Source: Octopus vulgaris (taxonomy: Eukaryota). From it: a stretch of DNA of 64,000 bases. Both the position numbers and the translations under genes were made by a program. The stretch covers positions 153,760,001 to 153,824,000 of the forward strand of contig OX597816.1 in assembly GCA_951406725.2 (NCBI GenBank), read 5' to 3'. The notes below the pieces were generated by a model. The model did not search any database and was not told the DNA's origin. It saw only the letters and a program-made list of their open reading frames with translations. Positions 44,127 through 56,914 of the stretch are shown one piece after another; within the stretch, counting starts at the first letter, position 1, and every line of letters begins with the position of its first letter.

Positions 44127-45215
44127 CAAGCAGACCTAATGCATGCTGCAACTGATCGATTGATTAGTAGTAACTCCCAGGCAAAGATACATGGATATTC
44201 TATGTTGCAGCCTCATGTGAAACTTCTCTGATGATAACATCTGAGGAGCCACAGAAAGTTCTGAGTTGACTGTGTCACAGAAAGGTTGGTTGATCTGAGG
44301 ATAGGCAGTCAAACTCAGTGGAATGATAGACCACGGCTTTCTCTCTCATTACACTGGCTAAATGCCTTTTATCAGAGCTGAGCTGAGGTTAAACAACAAC
44401 AAAAAGTAAGATCTTATAAAATTAAGTGAGGGGAATTATACAAGGTTTTCTCAAAGAAACAATAAAAGAAATTCTTCCAGTCTTGGAAATGCTACAAGAC
44501 ACTAGCCATAGCAAACATTGTTGTCAACTATGCATGGCAGACTTAGTCTATTCCAAACCCATATAAAACTTCTGGGCTAATTCAGTATATTAAACATTTA
44601 CAAGAGGAAAAAAAAGGTATACTTATCAAATGCATAAAAATATATGAAAAATATATACTAAACCAAAGATAAAGATAATTGAGACACAAAGAACCACAAC
44701 ATTTGAAGTTCAAAAACAAAAAATAATTACAGGCAAAAAAAAAAGGCAATTTTGTTAAATATTCACAAACTGAAAATGACTTGTCCACAGATGGAATGAA
44801 GGTGGAAATAACTAAGAAAGCTTGCAGTTAATGTATTAGACATAAACTATGAATACACTAACACATGCCAACTGACATCTACAAGAAATTAGATATACTG
44901 ATGCAAACAGGGAATATAACACTGGATACATTTTTGAAAAATATTTAAACAAATTGAAGAAACTGTGTGTAAGGCTAAAGACTGCAGTTTTAAGCATACA
45001 TATATTATTTATATGTATGCCTATTTAAACTACAGTCATTAGTCTTACACAAAAATAGGCATACATATCTATATACATATGTATGTATACACACACAAAT
45101 TATAGTATCCAGCAAATTTGTCAACAACAATTTGTCTAAATTATAATTAATCTTTAAAAATTTGCTTGAAGTTTATGAAATTCATGTAAATTTATGTAAA
45201 TGTTGCAAATAATTT

Positions 45216-45920
45216 ACATTATTTGCAATTGACGGATATTTGTCCTCATCTTGTTTGTTGTTAATACATTTCGGCTGATATACCCTCAAGCCTTCATCAG
45301 GTGTCTTGGGGAAATTTTGAACCTGGGTTCTCATTCCTAAGGTATTTTTTAGTGTTATTATTACTATTGTTTTTGTTGTTCAGGTCACTGCTTGGAATCG
45401 AACTCAGAATCTTGGGGTTAGTAGCCTGCGCTCTTAACCACTATGCCACGGGCATATGGCATAGTGGTTAAGAGTGTGGGCTATTAACCCCAAGATTCCG
45501 AGTTTGATTCCAAGCAATGACTTGAACAACAACAACAATAATAATAATAACATCGAAAAATACCTGAGGAATGAGAACCCAGTAGCCTGCGCTCTTAATA
45601 TTATACTTAATGCTGTCATAGTACTCATTTTATCGGCCTTGGAAGGATGAAAGGTTAATTTGATCCTGTTTCGATTTGAACTTCAGAAAAAAAAAAGGGA
45701 CTTGATATAGTATGGTGTAGTGGTTAAGAGTGCGGGCTACTAACCACAAGATTCTGAGTTCAATTCCAGGCAGTGACCTGAATAATAATAAAAATACCTT
45801 AGGAATGAGAACCCAGGTTCGAAATTTCCCCCAAGACACCTGATGAGGGTATATCAGCCAAAACGTGTTAACAACAAACAAGATGAGGACAAATATCCAT
45901 CAATCATAAATAATGTACAT
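45216..45920. mobile_element. Inverted cluster of three copies of a tRNA-headed SINE whose 3' part contains a hammerhead-like motif
   Basis: Copy 1 is minus strand 45216-45448, copy 2 is plus 45457-45580 (truncated) and copy 3 is plus 45712-45920. A box TGGCATAGTGG, B box GAGTTCGATTCC; 3' part acacCTGATGA aggct...agcc GAAA. Confidence 0.8.
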
Positions 45921-46781
45921 AATTCTTCATCTCTTAAATATAGAACTGTATGTTGCAGATAAATTGTCTACAAACACAATTTATCTGCAACAATTTCTTT
46001 AAAATATAATTCATCTAAAAAAAAATGTTGAATAACAAGAAACAACACCACACACACACATACACAATCAGTCATACATCACCACCCCAACTACTACAAC
46101 AACAACATGAATCTACTACTACTACCACTTACAATTTAATTGTGTAGAAAGCACTTTTATTTCAATTTTTAGAAGAATTATCTTTTAGACAAATTGTTGT
46201 AGATGAATTGTACAACTAGATAAACCATTTCAGATAAACTGTGACTTGTACCACACTGAGGACGCAGAACCGGCAAAGACTATTAGACTAAAGCTGCTGC
46301 AATAGTCCAAAATAAAGTCTCTGAATCTCTCTGAGACAGGGTGCCTGTTATGTAGTATGGACCTACAGCATTTCTAAGATCCACAACAATACCAGGACCC
46401 TTTTGCTCATCTGGGCTTTGCTGAACAACTGGAACACCATGTCTAAGTATATGAGATGTCCTAGTACTTTCAAGACTTTTTCTTCTAAAACTTAGTTATC
46501 ATTGTAGTTGCTCCTCGAGAACACCTCAGTTCTGAAAGTCACCTAGCAAAAGTGCTGAAAAATATACTCTCCCTCAACTCCAAATAGCAAGAAGATGCTA
46601 AACTGACTGATATTTTTTGACTCTTCTACCTTTGGAATTCATATCTGTATTGCATGCCTCAGTTGATCTACCTAACCCACCACCTCTACATTACATTCAG
46701 GATTCTCCAGAACATGTAGTGCAACCTTGGGCAGTTCTTATGTACCTTGTTAAGTATCCCACTCAGTCCTTTTAGAACTTC

Positions 46782-47590
46782 ATCATCATCATCATTTAAC
46801 GTCCATTGTCCATGCTGGATGGTTTGATAGAGCTGGCACATTGGAAGGTCGCACCAGACTCCAGTCTCATTTGGCATGGTTTTCTACGGCTGGATGTCCT
46901 TTCTAATACTAACCACACCGTGAGTGTAACTGGTGCTCTTACATGCCACTGGTAGCTGCCACGACTGTGATTTTGCTTGGCTCGATAGGTCTTCTTCAGC
47001 ACGATATAATGCCAAAAGTGTTGGTCATTGCCTCCATGAGGCCCAACACTCGAAAGGAGCTCAGCCACTTTGCTTTCATGAGGCCCAACGCTCAAAAGGA
47101 ACTCAGCCACTTTGCCTCTGTGAGGCCCAATGTTAAAAAGATGTTCTTTACGTGCCACCAGCACAGGTACAATTGGCTGATGGGTCCTCTCAAACACAAC
47201 ACATCACCAAAAGTCTCAGTCACCAGTCATTGCCTCAGTGAGGCTCAAAGTTCAAAGATCATTCTTCACTACCTCCTCCCATGTCTTCCTGGGTCCACCT
47301 CTACCACAGGTTCTCTCCACAGTTAGAGATAAGCACTTCTTTATACAGCTATCCTCGTCCAACTTTCATTTCAAATTTCAGAGCTAATGCAGGCAGTGTG
47401 CTGAGCTCAAATTGAGGAGCAAACCTTTGGAAGGGATAGACCCATGAAGACATGAGACAAAGTGGTAAGAAAGGATCTTTGGACATTGGGCTTCACTGAA
47501 CAAATGACAAGGGACCAGGAGTTGTGATTTGCTGTCTCCTGTCAAACCACCAGCAAGGAAAACAGTCACTAAACAATGATGACGATGATG
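46782..47590. mobile_element. Two RTE 3' fragments in opposite orientation (minus 46782-47360; plus 47410-47590)
   Basis: (CAT)n tail on the left and (GAT)n tail on the right; both contain the GRPRKTW-coding segment. Confidence 0.8.
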
Positions 47591-48908
47591 ATAGAGTGGT
47601 CTAGATGTCAGTCCATGAATTTGTCACTGAAGGTGTCTCTGAAATAGCTATTACTCCTCACCTTCGTCAGTAGCTATGTCAAGCTCTTCAGTTCCTACCT
47701 GAGCTAGTGGATCTTCTTGACCCTGTTGTTCATAGAGTAGGTATGATTCACTGCTCATCTTTCCTTTAACTTGAACCTCTCAGTTGCTAGACAGGTGATG
47801 GTGGTCACTGTCTATATGTGCAAACTAGCATCAGCTTTGGTCGCTGTTTTCAAGATGGAATTAATGAGTTTGTCATTAGTTTCAAGCTCTGTTATACTGG
47901 ATAGGTCTAGGGTTTGTAACATCTGAAACTTTTAGGAACTGAGAGTTAACTCCAGGCCTGATTCCCACTGCATTTCACCAGGGTTAGTTAATATGTACCA
48001 TAACATTTACACAGTTTGCAAACATTTCGTTCTGAGCTGGGGAATTTTTAGACCATGCTCAGAGAACTTGCTGCAAATGTATTCCATATCCATTACTAAA
48101 TCCTTATTGCCATGAGTGACTAAGCACTGGAGTGTCAAAATGAGATTTTTGTCCTACTCACTCTCTAAGGATGTATATGCATATGAAGGAGATAACTGGC
48201 ACCCTGCTATTCTTCAGAAGGCCTGTCCACCACCACCACCACAGAATTGATATCCTAAAATCAGCTTCGTAAATGCTTTCACATGTGGAGCCCTGTCCCA
48301 CCTCCATTCTCACTGCCCAGTCAAGCTTCCCACTCCCCACCTCTATATCTCTAACACTCATCACTTCTCTATCTCTGGTATTATTAAAGTATCATAGTCA
48401 CCTGAGAGCAGACTAGGTTCATACATACCCTCTCTTTCGTTACCTTCCTCTTTCTTCCCCCACCCCAGATCCACTTCCACTTATTATCTTCCTCAAACCA
48501 TACTTTCATCCCTCTGCTATAACACTTCTTATTTGCTATCACTCCCAATGTCCTCATATATCTAACATAACATATACAAGTCACTCTTATATCTCTTACC
48601 ATCAGTTACTAAAACCACCTCTATCCCATCTAACCATCTATCCTCATAGTCTAATGAAAATTTTCCCTCTTTCCCGGCTGCCCACTTACCCAGTCCAATC
48701 TTCTGTATCACTTCACCTCTTTTCACCCCAACCGCCACTGTACCTTGAGGGTATGTTCTAACACATATCCATCACCATCTCTCTCACTCTCTCCATCTTT
48801 CTCTCCTTTCTCAACTGGAGTACCCTCGTATCTCTTCTACAGCAAGCCATCTATCTCTATTCCTCTATTGTATCATCAACTGGCACAAAGCCCCCACCCT
48901 CTGTATCA

Positions 48909-48941
<33 letters not shown>

Positions 48942-48944
48942 GTC

Positions 48945-49625
48945 ATGGGAACTCTGTCTTGCAAGTTACTTGGTGACTAGTGCTGGTGCCACAACAAAAG
49001 CAGTGAGTACACATTAAAGTGGTTGGCCTTAGGAAGGGCATCCAGCTGTAGAAATCAAGCCAAAACAGATTAGACTTTGGCACAGTCCTCCAGCTTGCCA
49101 GCTCTTGTCAAACTGTCCAACCCATCCCAGCATGGAAAACAGATATTAAGTGGTGATGATGATGATGTCTTGCTGAAGAGGAGGTAACCATGTACCTCCT
49201 CTGCAGCAAGACACTTGTTTCTGTCACACTCTAACCTTTCAACATCTGACACAAGGTCACCTACTCCAATGCACCTCCCCTCTCAAAGGGTGTTTGTCTT
49301 GCAAGTTACTTGGAGAGCCTGCCAGTGTTGGGGCCACATAAAAAGCATCCAGTCCACACTGTAAAGTGGTTGGCATTTGGAAGGACATCCAGCTATAAAA
49401 ACCATGCTGAAACTGACCTCACCTGTGCAAGTGCCATGTAAAAAGCAATCAGTCCACACTGCGGGGTGGTTGGTCTTTACAAAGAGCATCCAACTGTAAA
49501 AATTGTGCCAAAACAGACACAGAAGTCTGGTGCAGTTTTCTGTTTCTGCCTGGGCAGCTCCTGTTAAACTGCCCAACTCATGCCAGCATGGAAGGCAGAC
49601 AAACGATGATGTTGATGATGATGAT
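48945..49625 (+). mobile_element. Two tandem RTE-tail-bearing repeats
   Basis: Tail consensus ...gggcatccagctgtagaaa...ccagcatggaa...gatgatgat at ~49165 and ~49620. Confidence 0.7.
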
Positions 49626-51216
49626 ATATATATATATATATAGCTTTTTCATATAATGTGTTGGACGAATATTTTGAGACAGTGTTTTATGGACAGATGT
49701 TCTTTCTGTTGGTACACAAGTGTATGGTATACCTATTCTAAAATTAGGATACACACAATTATCAGTATCATCTCCAACATCATTTTACAACTGCTTTTCA
49801 TGCTGACATGGGTTGGACAAGCCACCATGATCAGACCCAGCAAGTATACAGAGATATTGCTCACTTAGACAGGGCCCAAGAACCACATCTCCCTCAAGTT
49901 TCATTTTTGTCTTGGTTTCTATGACCAGATGCCCTTCCTATCACCAACCACTTTACAGGATGTACTGAGTGTTTTTCTCGAGGCACCAGCAGTACAGAGG
50001 CTTCATGCACTTTCCTGCATATAAAAGGTGCATGGAGTCAAATTTATTGTGAAGATCAAGTTGACTGGGATTTTAAGTTCTGCTTATCAGCTTCAACTAT
50101 AATTGAATAAACACACCAGTAGTGTGTGTGTGTGTGTACATATGTATGTGTACACACACACACAAATAAAAATGCATATATCATGAGCTTCATTTTTATA
50201 TCTGCTTTTCATGCTGTCATGAGGTGGATAGTTCCACAGGATCCAAAAGATCAGAAGATGACCTCTTGTTCTAGTAGCCCAGTTTTGGTATGGTCCTATG
50301 GCTGGATGCTCTTCCTGATGTCAATCACTTCACAAAGTGTACTGCATGTTTTTTGCATAGCACCAGCATTAGCGAAGTTGCCTTGTAACCTGCAATTCTA
50401 AAGAACACCCACCAACTGAAAGGAAGGATAGGGTGGTCACATAAAGTGTAATGTTGAGAAGTTAAAGTATGATGGAAAGAGCAAGAACAGATTTACTATT
50501 CTGCATGAGATTCATGTTGGTGTGGTACCCAAAAGAGAGTTAAAAGATGGTAGCAAGGTACCAAAATATAATTTCATAAGCTGTCTAAGAAGGTAAATAG
50601 AAGTGTCGATACCCCTTACATGAAAAACAAGTAAGAGTTAGCAACAGGAAGGGCACCTGAGTGTAAAACAATGCTTCAATAATATATTCATCTAACCAAT
50701 GTTAAATGGAAAAAAAGGTAAAAATATACAAAAAAAATGCATACAAATCTTCCCACATCTCCTTTCACATGCTCCAATCACTTTGAGCACACAGCTCACC
50801 TCCTCCATATGCATGATGTACCCATACCAATACAGTCTTCTATCTTTCACACTACATCTGATTCCTCTTACATATACATTTATAAATACAATATAGCTGA
50901 ATGGCTGAGAAATTCGCATTGCAATCACAAGATTCTTACTGTGTTGCATCTTTGACAAGGATCTTTTAAAATAACCTTAAGGTGATCCATGCCTATTGAG
51001 CCAAATTGGGCAGACAGAAACTGTGTAGAAGTTTACCAGATGGATTGTACAGGTAATTAAGTGGTCTACCCTTCTCACTGCTTGAGCATTACATTAAGGG
51101 TACATTGTGAAATACTCAACCACTATTTCCATTTGTAGTTAGTCCAACGGATTGAAGAAGTGATAACTTATGGTTGGAAATTTCAACTGATATCCATTTA
51201 TTTTCACATATGAATA

Positions 51217-51269
<53 letters not shown>

Positions 51270-51796
51270 TTTATACATATATATATCATTTGTATGTTGA
51301 TGTTCTTTCATACAAAATTATAGGTCCTCAATCCACAGTTGCAGATATGTATGCATGGTACAATAACTAGAGTTACAAATTCAAATCAAAAGTCTTCAAT
51401 AAGAAGTTGATTGTATAAAACTTTTAGGTATGAGTTTGTAATCTTACTAGTATACATACAAATGAACATGGCTCTGTGGCTATATTGCATAGCAGATAAT
51501 ATGTTGCATAAAATGTGTAACGTGCCAACAGCCTGACTAAAGTGATTATCAAATGTGCAGAAGATATAATTCTACATATGCTATCATGCAGATGGTGGTA
51601 ATCCACAGATGATGCAATTAAATCTTAAGTGCAGCTTAAATGTTTTGCCACAAAACTAAACAATTACTGCAGGCAGTTTCCAGATAGCATCCTGGAATTT
51701 TAAGAATAGTCGACTTAAGTATACCTTGGTCTAGAGAGGATGTAAAGAGTTTACATCAGTCAAGAAAGGTGCAAAGCTAGCTACAGTATTGCCTAC

Positions 51797-51898
51797 CTGG
51801 AAGGTGAGTGCACAGGAGAAGTGCTTGCGGATTTAGACTTATCATCATGTCGAGGTGTATCCAACAAATTACCAGAACCACTGCCACCGCTGTATGCC
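51797..51898 (-). CDS. AAK1: AAK1/BMP2K-like exon (AYSGGSGSGNLLDTPRHDDKSKSASTSPVHSPS)
   Basis: Acceptor tttgatttcAG, donor AG/GTaggc, 102 bp, phase 2->2. KSKSASTSPVHSP resembles AAK1 KSKSATTTPSGSP. Confidence 0.88.
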
Positions 51899-53909
51899 CT
51901 GAAATCAAATTACACTGTTGCAAATCACAAGCAAGAAAAAAACCTGACAGAACCTGGAGGACAGCAATACATAGGAAGTATCACAAGGTTCTTAGTTGAG
52001 GAGGGTTTAGAGCTTGTGGGAAAAGATAAAATAAAATAAAGTTATAAAATAAAATAAGAAATATTTTATAGAAGCAAAGATTCATCAATTGCTTGATTGG
52101 CTACACCATCTCACCTGCCACTCCTACAAACTAAACAGTCTTCAGATCTTTGCAAAACAAGACTGTTTAGTTTACTCTTTTTTTTTTAAGACAACACTTT
52201 TAATTTCACAGAATCTACTCATCATACCATCTCAACTTTCTTCCATTGCATATCTAGTTTAGAAATAAAAGGTGCAAAATTGTGATTAAAACAAAAGATT
52301 TCATGTTTCTATCTTCTTCGTGTTGCCTTTGGCCAATTTAGATTAAATATTTAATGAAGATTTTCTCTTTTTCATGGCTTACACAAAGAAGAGCCGCTTC
52401 AATGACCTTTTTCAAAGTGTCATTGACAGGTAGAAGGAAGTCATCTTCAGATCAAAGACCTAACTTGATTCTTTGCTTCCTCTCAAGATACCCAATGACA
52501 CAAGATTGGTATAAAATCAGGCAACAGATTACATCTGTCATTATGTGTGGGTATCTTATTTCAAATTTGTTACAGCACAGGTTGCAGTGTAGAGATCTTT
52601 CAAATTGATAATTCTAAATATTTTATACAGAGGTTTATCTTTCTTCTATGGTTTAATAAATTAATATTTTTCCTTGCCATATAATTATATTACTGAAATA
52701 CAACACACATGAGTTTGAGATTATCTTTTATTAACTTTGTTATTCCTTTTGTAAGCTTAAAGTTTTTGTTTTTTTTATCTTAACATTTGGAATGTATTTT
52801 CCTAACTAGCTTATTAAATCTGCACATTGTAGTGTCTGGAGATGCTGATGATTAAACTCAACTTCCATTTCATACCAAAAAAACGCTCAAATTTAACTCC
52901 GAGATACACAGAGGAAATCATTTAAATGTGCTTGTGGTGGTTAGCTTTGATGATGGAAAGCAAGTGTCTGGTAAGATATAGTGGTGTATAAGACTTAAAC
53001 ATTAAGCTTCTGACACTAGCCTATCATCTTTCAAAGTATTTGCAATGTTGTGCTTTGTGCAGTGAAATCCCCATAATGTGGTGCTAGTGGTGTTAGCATT
53101 AGTAATGGCAGTTATGATAGCAGTGCTAACTGTATATAGTCTTAGAAGCTGAAATGTTATAATCTTCCCAGAATTTCACTTTCAGAATCTTAACCACTGA
53201 AATGCAACTGCAAGATTTAGATTAGAAACCTTGCTAAAAGTCATAGCACATCTGGCTAAAAGCAACAGACATCCCTCGTACTTTAGAAGAACAAACGATC
53301 GCAATTATCCCAGTTACATATCTCATTGTACTCTACAATACTTAATAATAATATTAATAATAAAAATATATTATGATTAGATCAGTTTTGCAAGAAGAAA
53401 GGAATAGCCACATGATTTGAACTCCAGTATATTAGTAAAAATGAGATTTTTTTTAAATGTTGATAAAATCAGTACCAATCATACACCATGGTCAATTCAA
53501 GATACACCCTCCCACCATATCTAAATTGTGGCCTTATGCTAACAGCAAAAATGTCAATTTATCACAACTGTATTGCTGTCTATGATTTCCATGTCATTGT
53601 TGTCAGTCATCATTGTCATCAACATCATCATTTGAACAACTGTTTTCCTCTATTAGCATAAATGAAATAAGTCTGTAACACAGCACACCATGCATCTCAA
53701 TCATTTGATATCTCATCTGTGAAGTAAGATGGCTAGAGCTGGGAATCAAAAATGAGTCAATAACCCACTACACCAAGATCTTACTTTCTACTTTACAGTC
53801 CTTGCCCTCTCACCAAAATCATAAAATTATTTTTAAAACTAAAACATTTAAAATATTTTTATAATAAAAAATGTAATAATAATAAAATAAAAAAATATAA
53901 TAATAATAA

Positions 53910-54550
53910 TCCTTTCTACTACAGGTAAAAGACCTGAAATTTTGGGGGAAGGATTAGTCAATTACATTGATCCCAGTACACAACTGGTACTTATTTCATT
54001 GACCCCAAAAGGGAGAAAGGCAAAGTCAACCTCAGAACAACATAAAGACAGACAAAATGCCATTAACCATTTTGTCTAATGTGTTAATGATTCTACCAGC
54101 TCACCATCTGAATAATAATAATCATTTCTACTTAAGGCACAAGGCCTGAAATTTTGGGGGAGGAATTAAGCTGATTACATCAACCCCAGTGTTTCACTGG
54201 TACTTAATTTATTGACCACAAAAGCATGATAGACAAAGTCAACCATGGCAGAATTTGAATTCCGAACATGAAGACGGACGAAATGCTGCTAAGTATTTTG
54301 TCCGGCATGATAATGATTCTGCCAGCTCACCGCCTTTCTAATAATAACAATTAAAATAATAACAATAACAATCCTTTCTAATATAAGCACAATGTGGAGC
54401 AAATTGGCCCCAGTACATGACTGGTACTTTATTTTATCAACCTGAAAGGATGAAAGGCAAAGTTGACCTTGGCAGGATTTGAATTCAGAATATAAAGAAC
54501 TGGAACAGATGCTGTAAGTCATTCTGCCTAACACTTTAACGAGTCTGCCA
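53910..54550 (-). mobile_element. Tandem array of three tRNA-derived SINEs separated by (AAT)n
   Basis: Three copies starting cctttcta... on the plus strand (53910, ~54123, ~54372); same family as 14475-15070 and 39840-40035. Confidence 0.85.
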
Positions 54551-55224
54551 ATAAATGACAGAAAGAGCTTACAATCATCTTGCCATCCCAAGAGAATTCA
54601 TACCACAATGAATCAATGCTAGGCATTCCATTTGAAGCAAAGATTTTCTGTCTTTTTCAAAGAAACAAATTATCTTAATCCATTCAATATTTCAAGTAAA
54701 ATTCTTTTAAAAATAGGTTCAAACGTCATATTCAAATTATTTTTGCTTCATATTTTATTATTTTTTGTTGTGTGCAGGTGTTGTTGATACATTGGCACCA
54801 AATTTTTTTTTTCCCCAAACATTTCAATTGGTATGTCGTCCCAAAATCTTTAGATACCTTATAAATTTTTTTCATCATTTTGAAGTTACTACAAAATTTT
54901 GGGTTGTTTTTGTTATTCTTTGGTTTTCCAAAAGCATCTCAAATTAAATATGACAAAACGAAAGAAATCTGCCAAAGAAAGGAAAAGGGTGAATGAATGA
55001 GGAGGAAAGTAAATTAGGAGAGAGACTCAGACAGAGGGAAATATAACAATGTATGGAATTGTTGCCATCTTTGTAAGAGCAAAAAAAAGATCTTATTTGT
55101 TGATTATCTTTAGATATAAATGAAAGCTATTCCTTCCTTTAAAAGAAAGAACAAAAATAAGAGAATGAAAAATTTTGCAGGAAATGCACAAAAACATTTA
55201 AAAAAACTTTTCAATAGATTTCAC

Positions 55225-55349
55225 CTGAATGCACTTCCTTTTCCACCCATGGTAATATAGGACGTGTCACTGACATTTCGCCGATGACCTTTGACAGCAT
55301 TGCAAGGAGACTGTGGTGGTGTAATAGATATCAAAAGCTGATTTTCATT
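55225..55349 (-). CDS. AAK1: AAK1/BMP2K-like exon (NENQLLISITPPQSPCNAVKGHRRNVSDTSYITMGGKGSAF)
   Basis: Acceptor ctctgtAG, donor AG/GTgaaa, phase 0->2. TPPQSP...GHRRNVSD matches AAK1 TPPSSP...GHRRILSD. Confidence 0.9.
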
Positions 55350-55805
55350 CTACAGAGAAATTAAAATATAAAATATTCATTTTGTAAAAATTAAATCAAT
55401 ACTAATAAGCAGGAGTATCTACAGTAAAATCGTTATTTTATAATTCGATTATTTTAATTTTTAAAGAGTAAATAAAAACAGATTAAATTATAGTTTCTGA
55501 GGGCTGAACTTCCATTTTGTTCTTTTAAGATTGCTTGAATATAATGCATAGTCCATACACTCTTCCTTGTGGCATTATGCTAGTAACTAAGATTTAGATT
55601 CATTGCAAAATTTGTTGCTGTTCATGATGTATATAATATCATTTTCATAGCATAAGAACATGTTTTTCTCCAACAGCATAAATTAGATAAGTCTGCAATA
55701 CTGTATTTCTTCAGATATATCAACCACTGCAATTTCATACAATTACTTTCATCAAGTTTCAATCATTTATTTACTCCAAATAAATAAATTATATATATAT
55801 ATATA

Positions 55806-56784
55806 TATTTTGTTGACAAGAAAGTAATTTCGTTTTTTACAAATAGAGTTGTGATTTTTTTTAGAGATTTCTGTCAATGTTATGATTTTTTTCTTTTTAA
55901 ATCAAAGCCATAATTGAATCTAATTGTCATATAACTATGCAAGAGATTACAAAGAGATTAAATGTATCACACACAGCAACTGAAAAATCACTTAAAATGT
56001 CTTGGTCTCGTTAAGAAGCTTGATATTTGGGTCCCACATAAATTGAAAGAGATTCACTTGACACAACGAATCAATATTTGTAATATGCATCTCAAATGCA
56101 AAGAAATCGACCCATTTTGAAATGAATCATCACTGATGATGAAAAACGGATTATCAATAATAACATCAACTGAAAACAATCATGGTCCAAGTGTAATGAA
56201 CCAGAACAAACATCATCAAAAGCTGAATTACATAAAAAAAAGGTCATGCAGTCAATATGGTAAGGATTACAAAGGTGTTGTGCATTCTGAGCTGCTTCCA
56301 AGGAACTAAACGATCAATTTAGATGTTTAATGTTAACAACTAATTAAACTGGAGGAGGCAATGAAAGAAAAATTGGCATATCATAAAGGAATCGTGTTCC
56401 ACCATGACAATACCAGACCACACACATCTTTGCTAATTCGTGAAAAATTTATTGAAGCTTGGTTAGGAAGGGATGTTACATCCACCATACAGCCCTGACC
56501 TTGCACCATCAGATTACCATTTATTTTGAAGTTTGCAAAATCTTTTGAATGGTAAAACTTTCAATAATGATGATGACCTGAAATCACACTTGCTTCAGCT
56601 TTTGGCTAGTAATGACCAGAAGTTCTATGAGCACAGAATCATGAAGTTGCCAGAAAGATGGCAAAAGGTCATCAAACAAAATAGAAACTATATAACTGAT
56701 TCAAGTTTATTCTTTGTATGAAAAAGAAAAATTACTTTTATTTCAAACTAAAAAAACTGAAATTACTTTCTTGCCAACCTAATA
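55806..56784 (+). mobile_element. Mariner transposon, internally deleted, both TIRs present
   Basis: Left ta-ttttgttgacaagaaagtaatttc and right gaaattactttcttgccaacctaa-ta. Motifs WVPHKL, IITDDEK, FHHDNTRPH and HPPYSPDLAPSDYHLF (DD34D type), with stops. Confidence 0.92.
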
Positions 56785-56914
56785 ATATTCATTAGTAATA
56801 ATAGTATTGACGGTGACTTTGAAATTTCAATCTGCTAAGTCATCATCAGATTATCCAACAATAGCAGGCCAAAACTTCGAAGTCACTGTCTTGGTAAAGA
56901 ATAATAAATATATA

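Noticed and set aside
45385-45525. Possible pair of tRNA genes
   Set aside because: A and B boxes are present, but acceptor stems are not formed and the heads run into SINE bodies.
47030-47130. Three ~36-bp direct repeats resembling a CRISPR array
   Set aside because: Contiguous tandem duplications within an RTE 3'UTR, with no unique spacers, in eukaryotic DNA.
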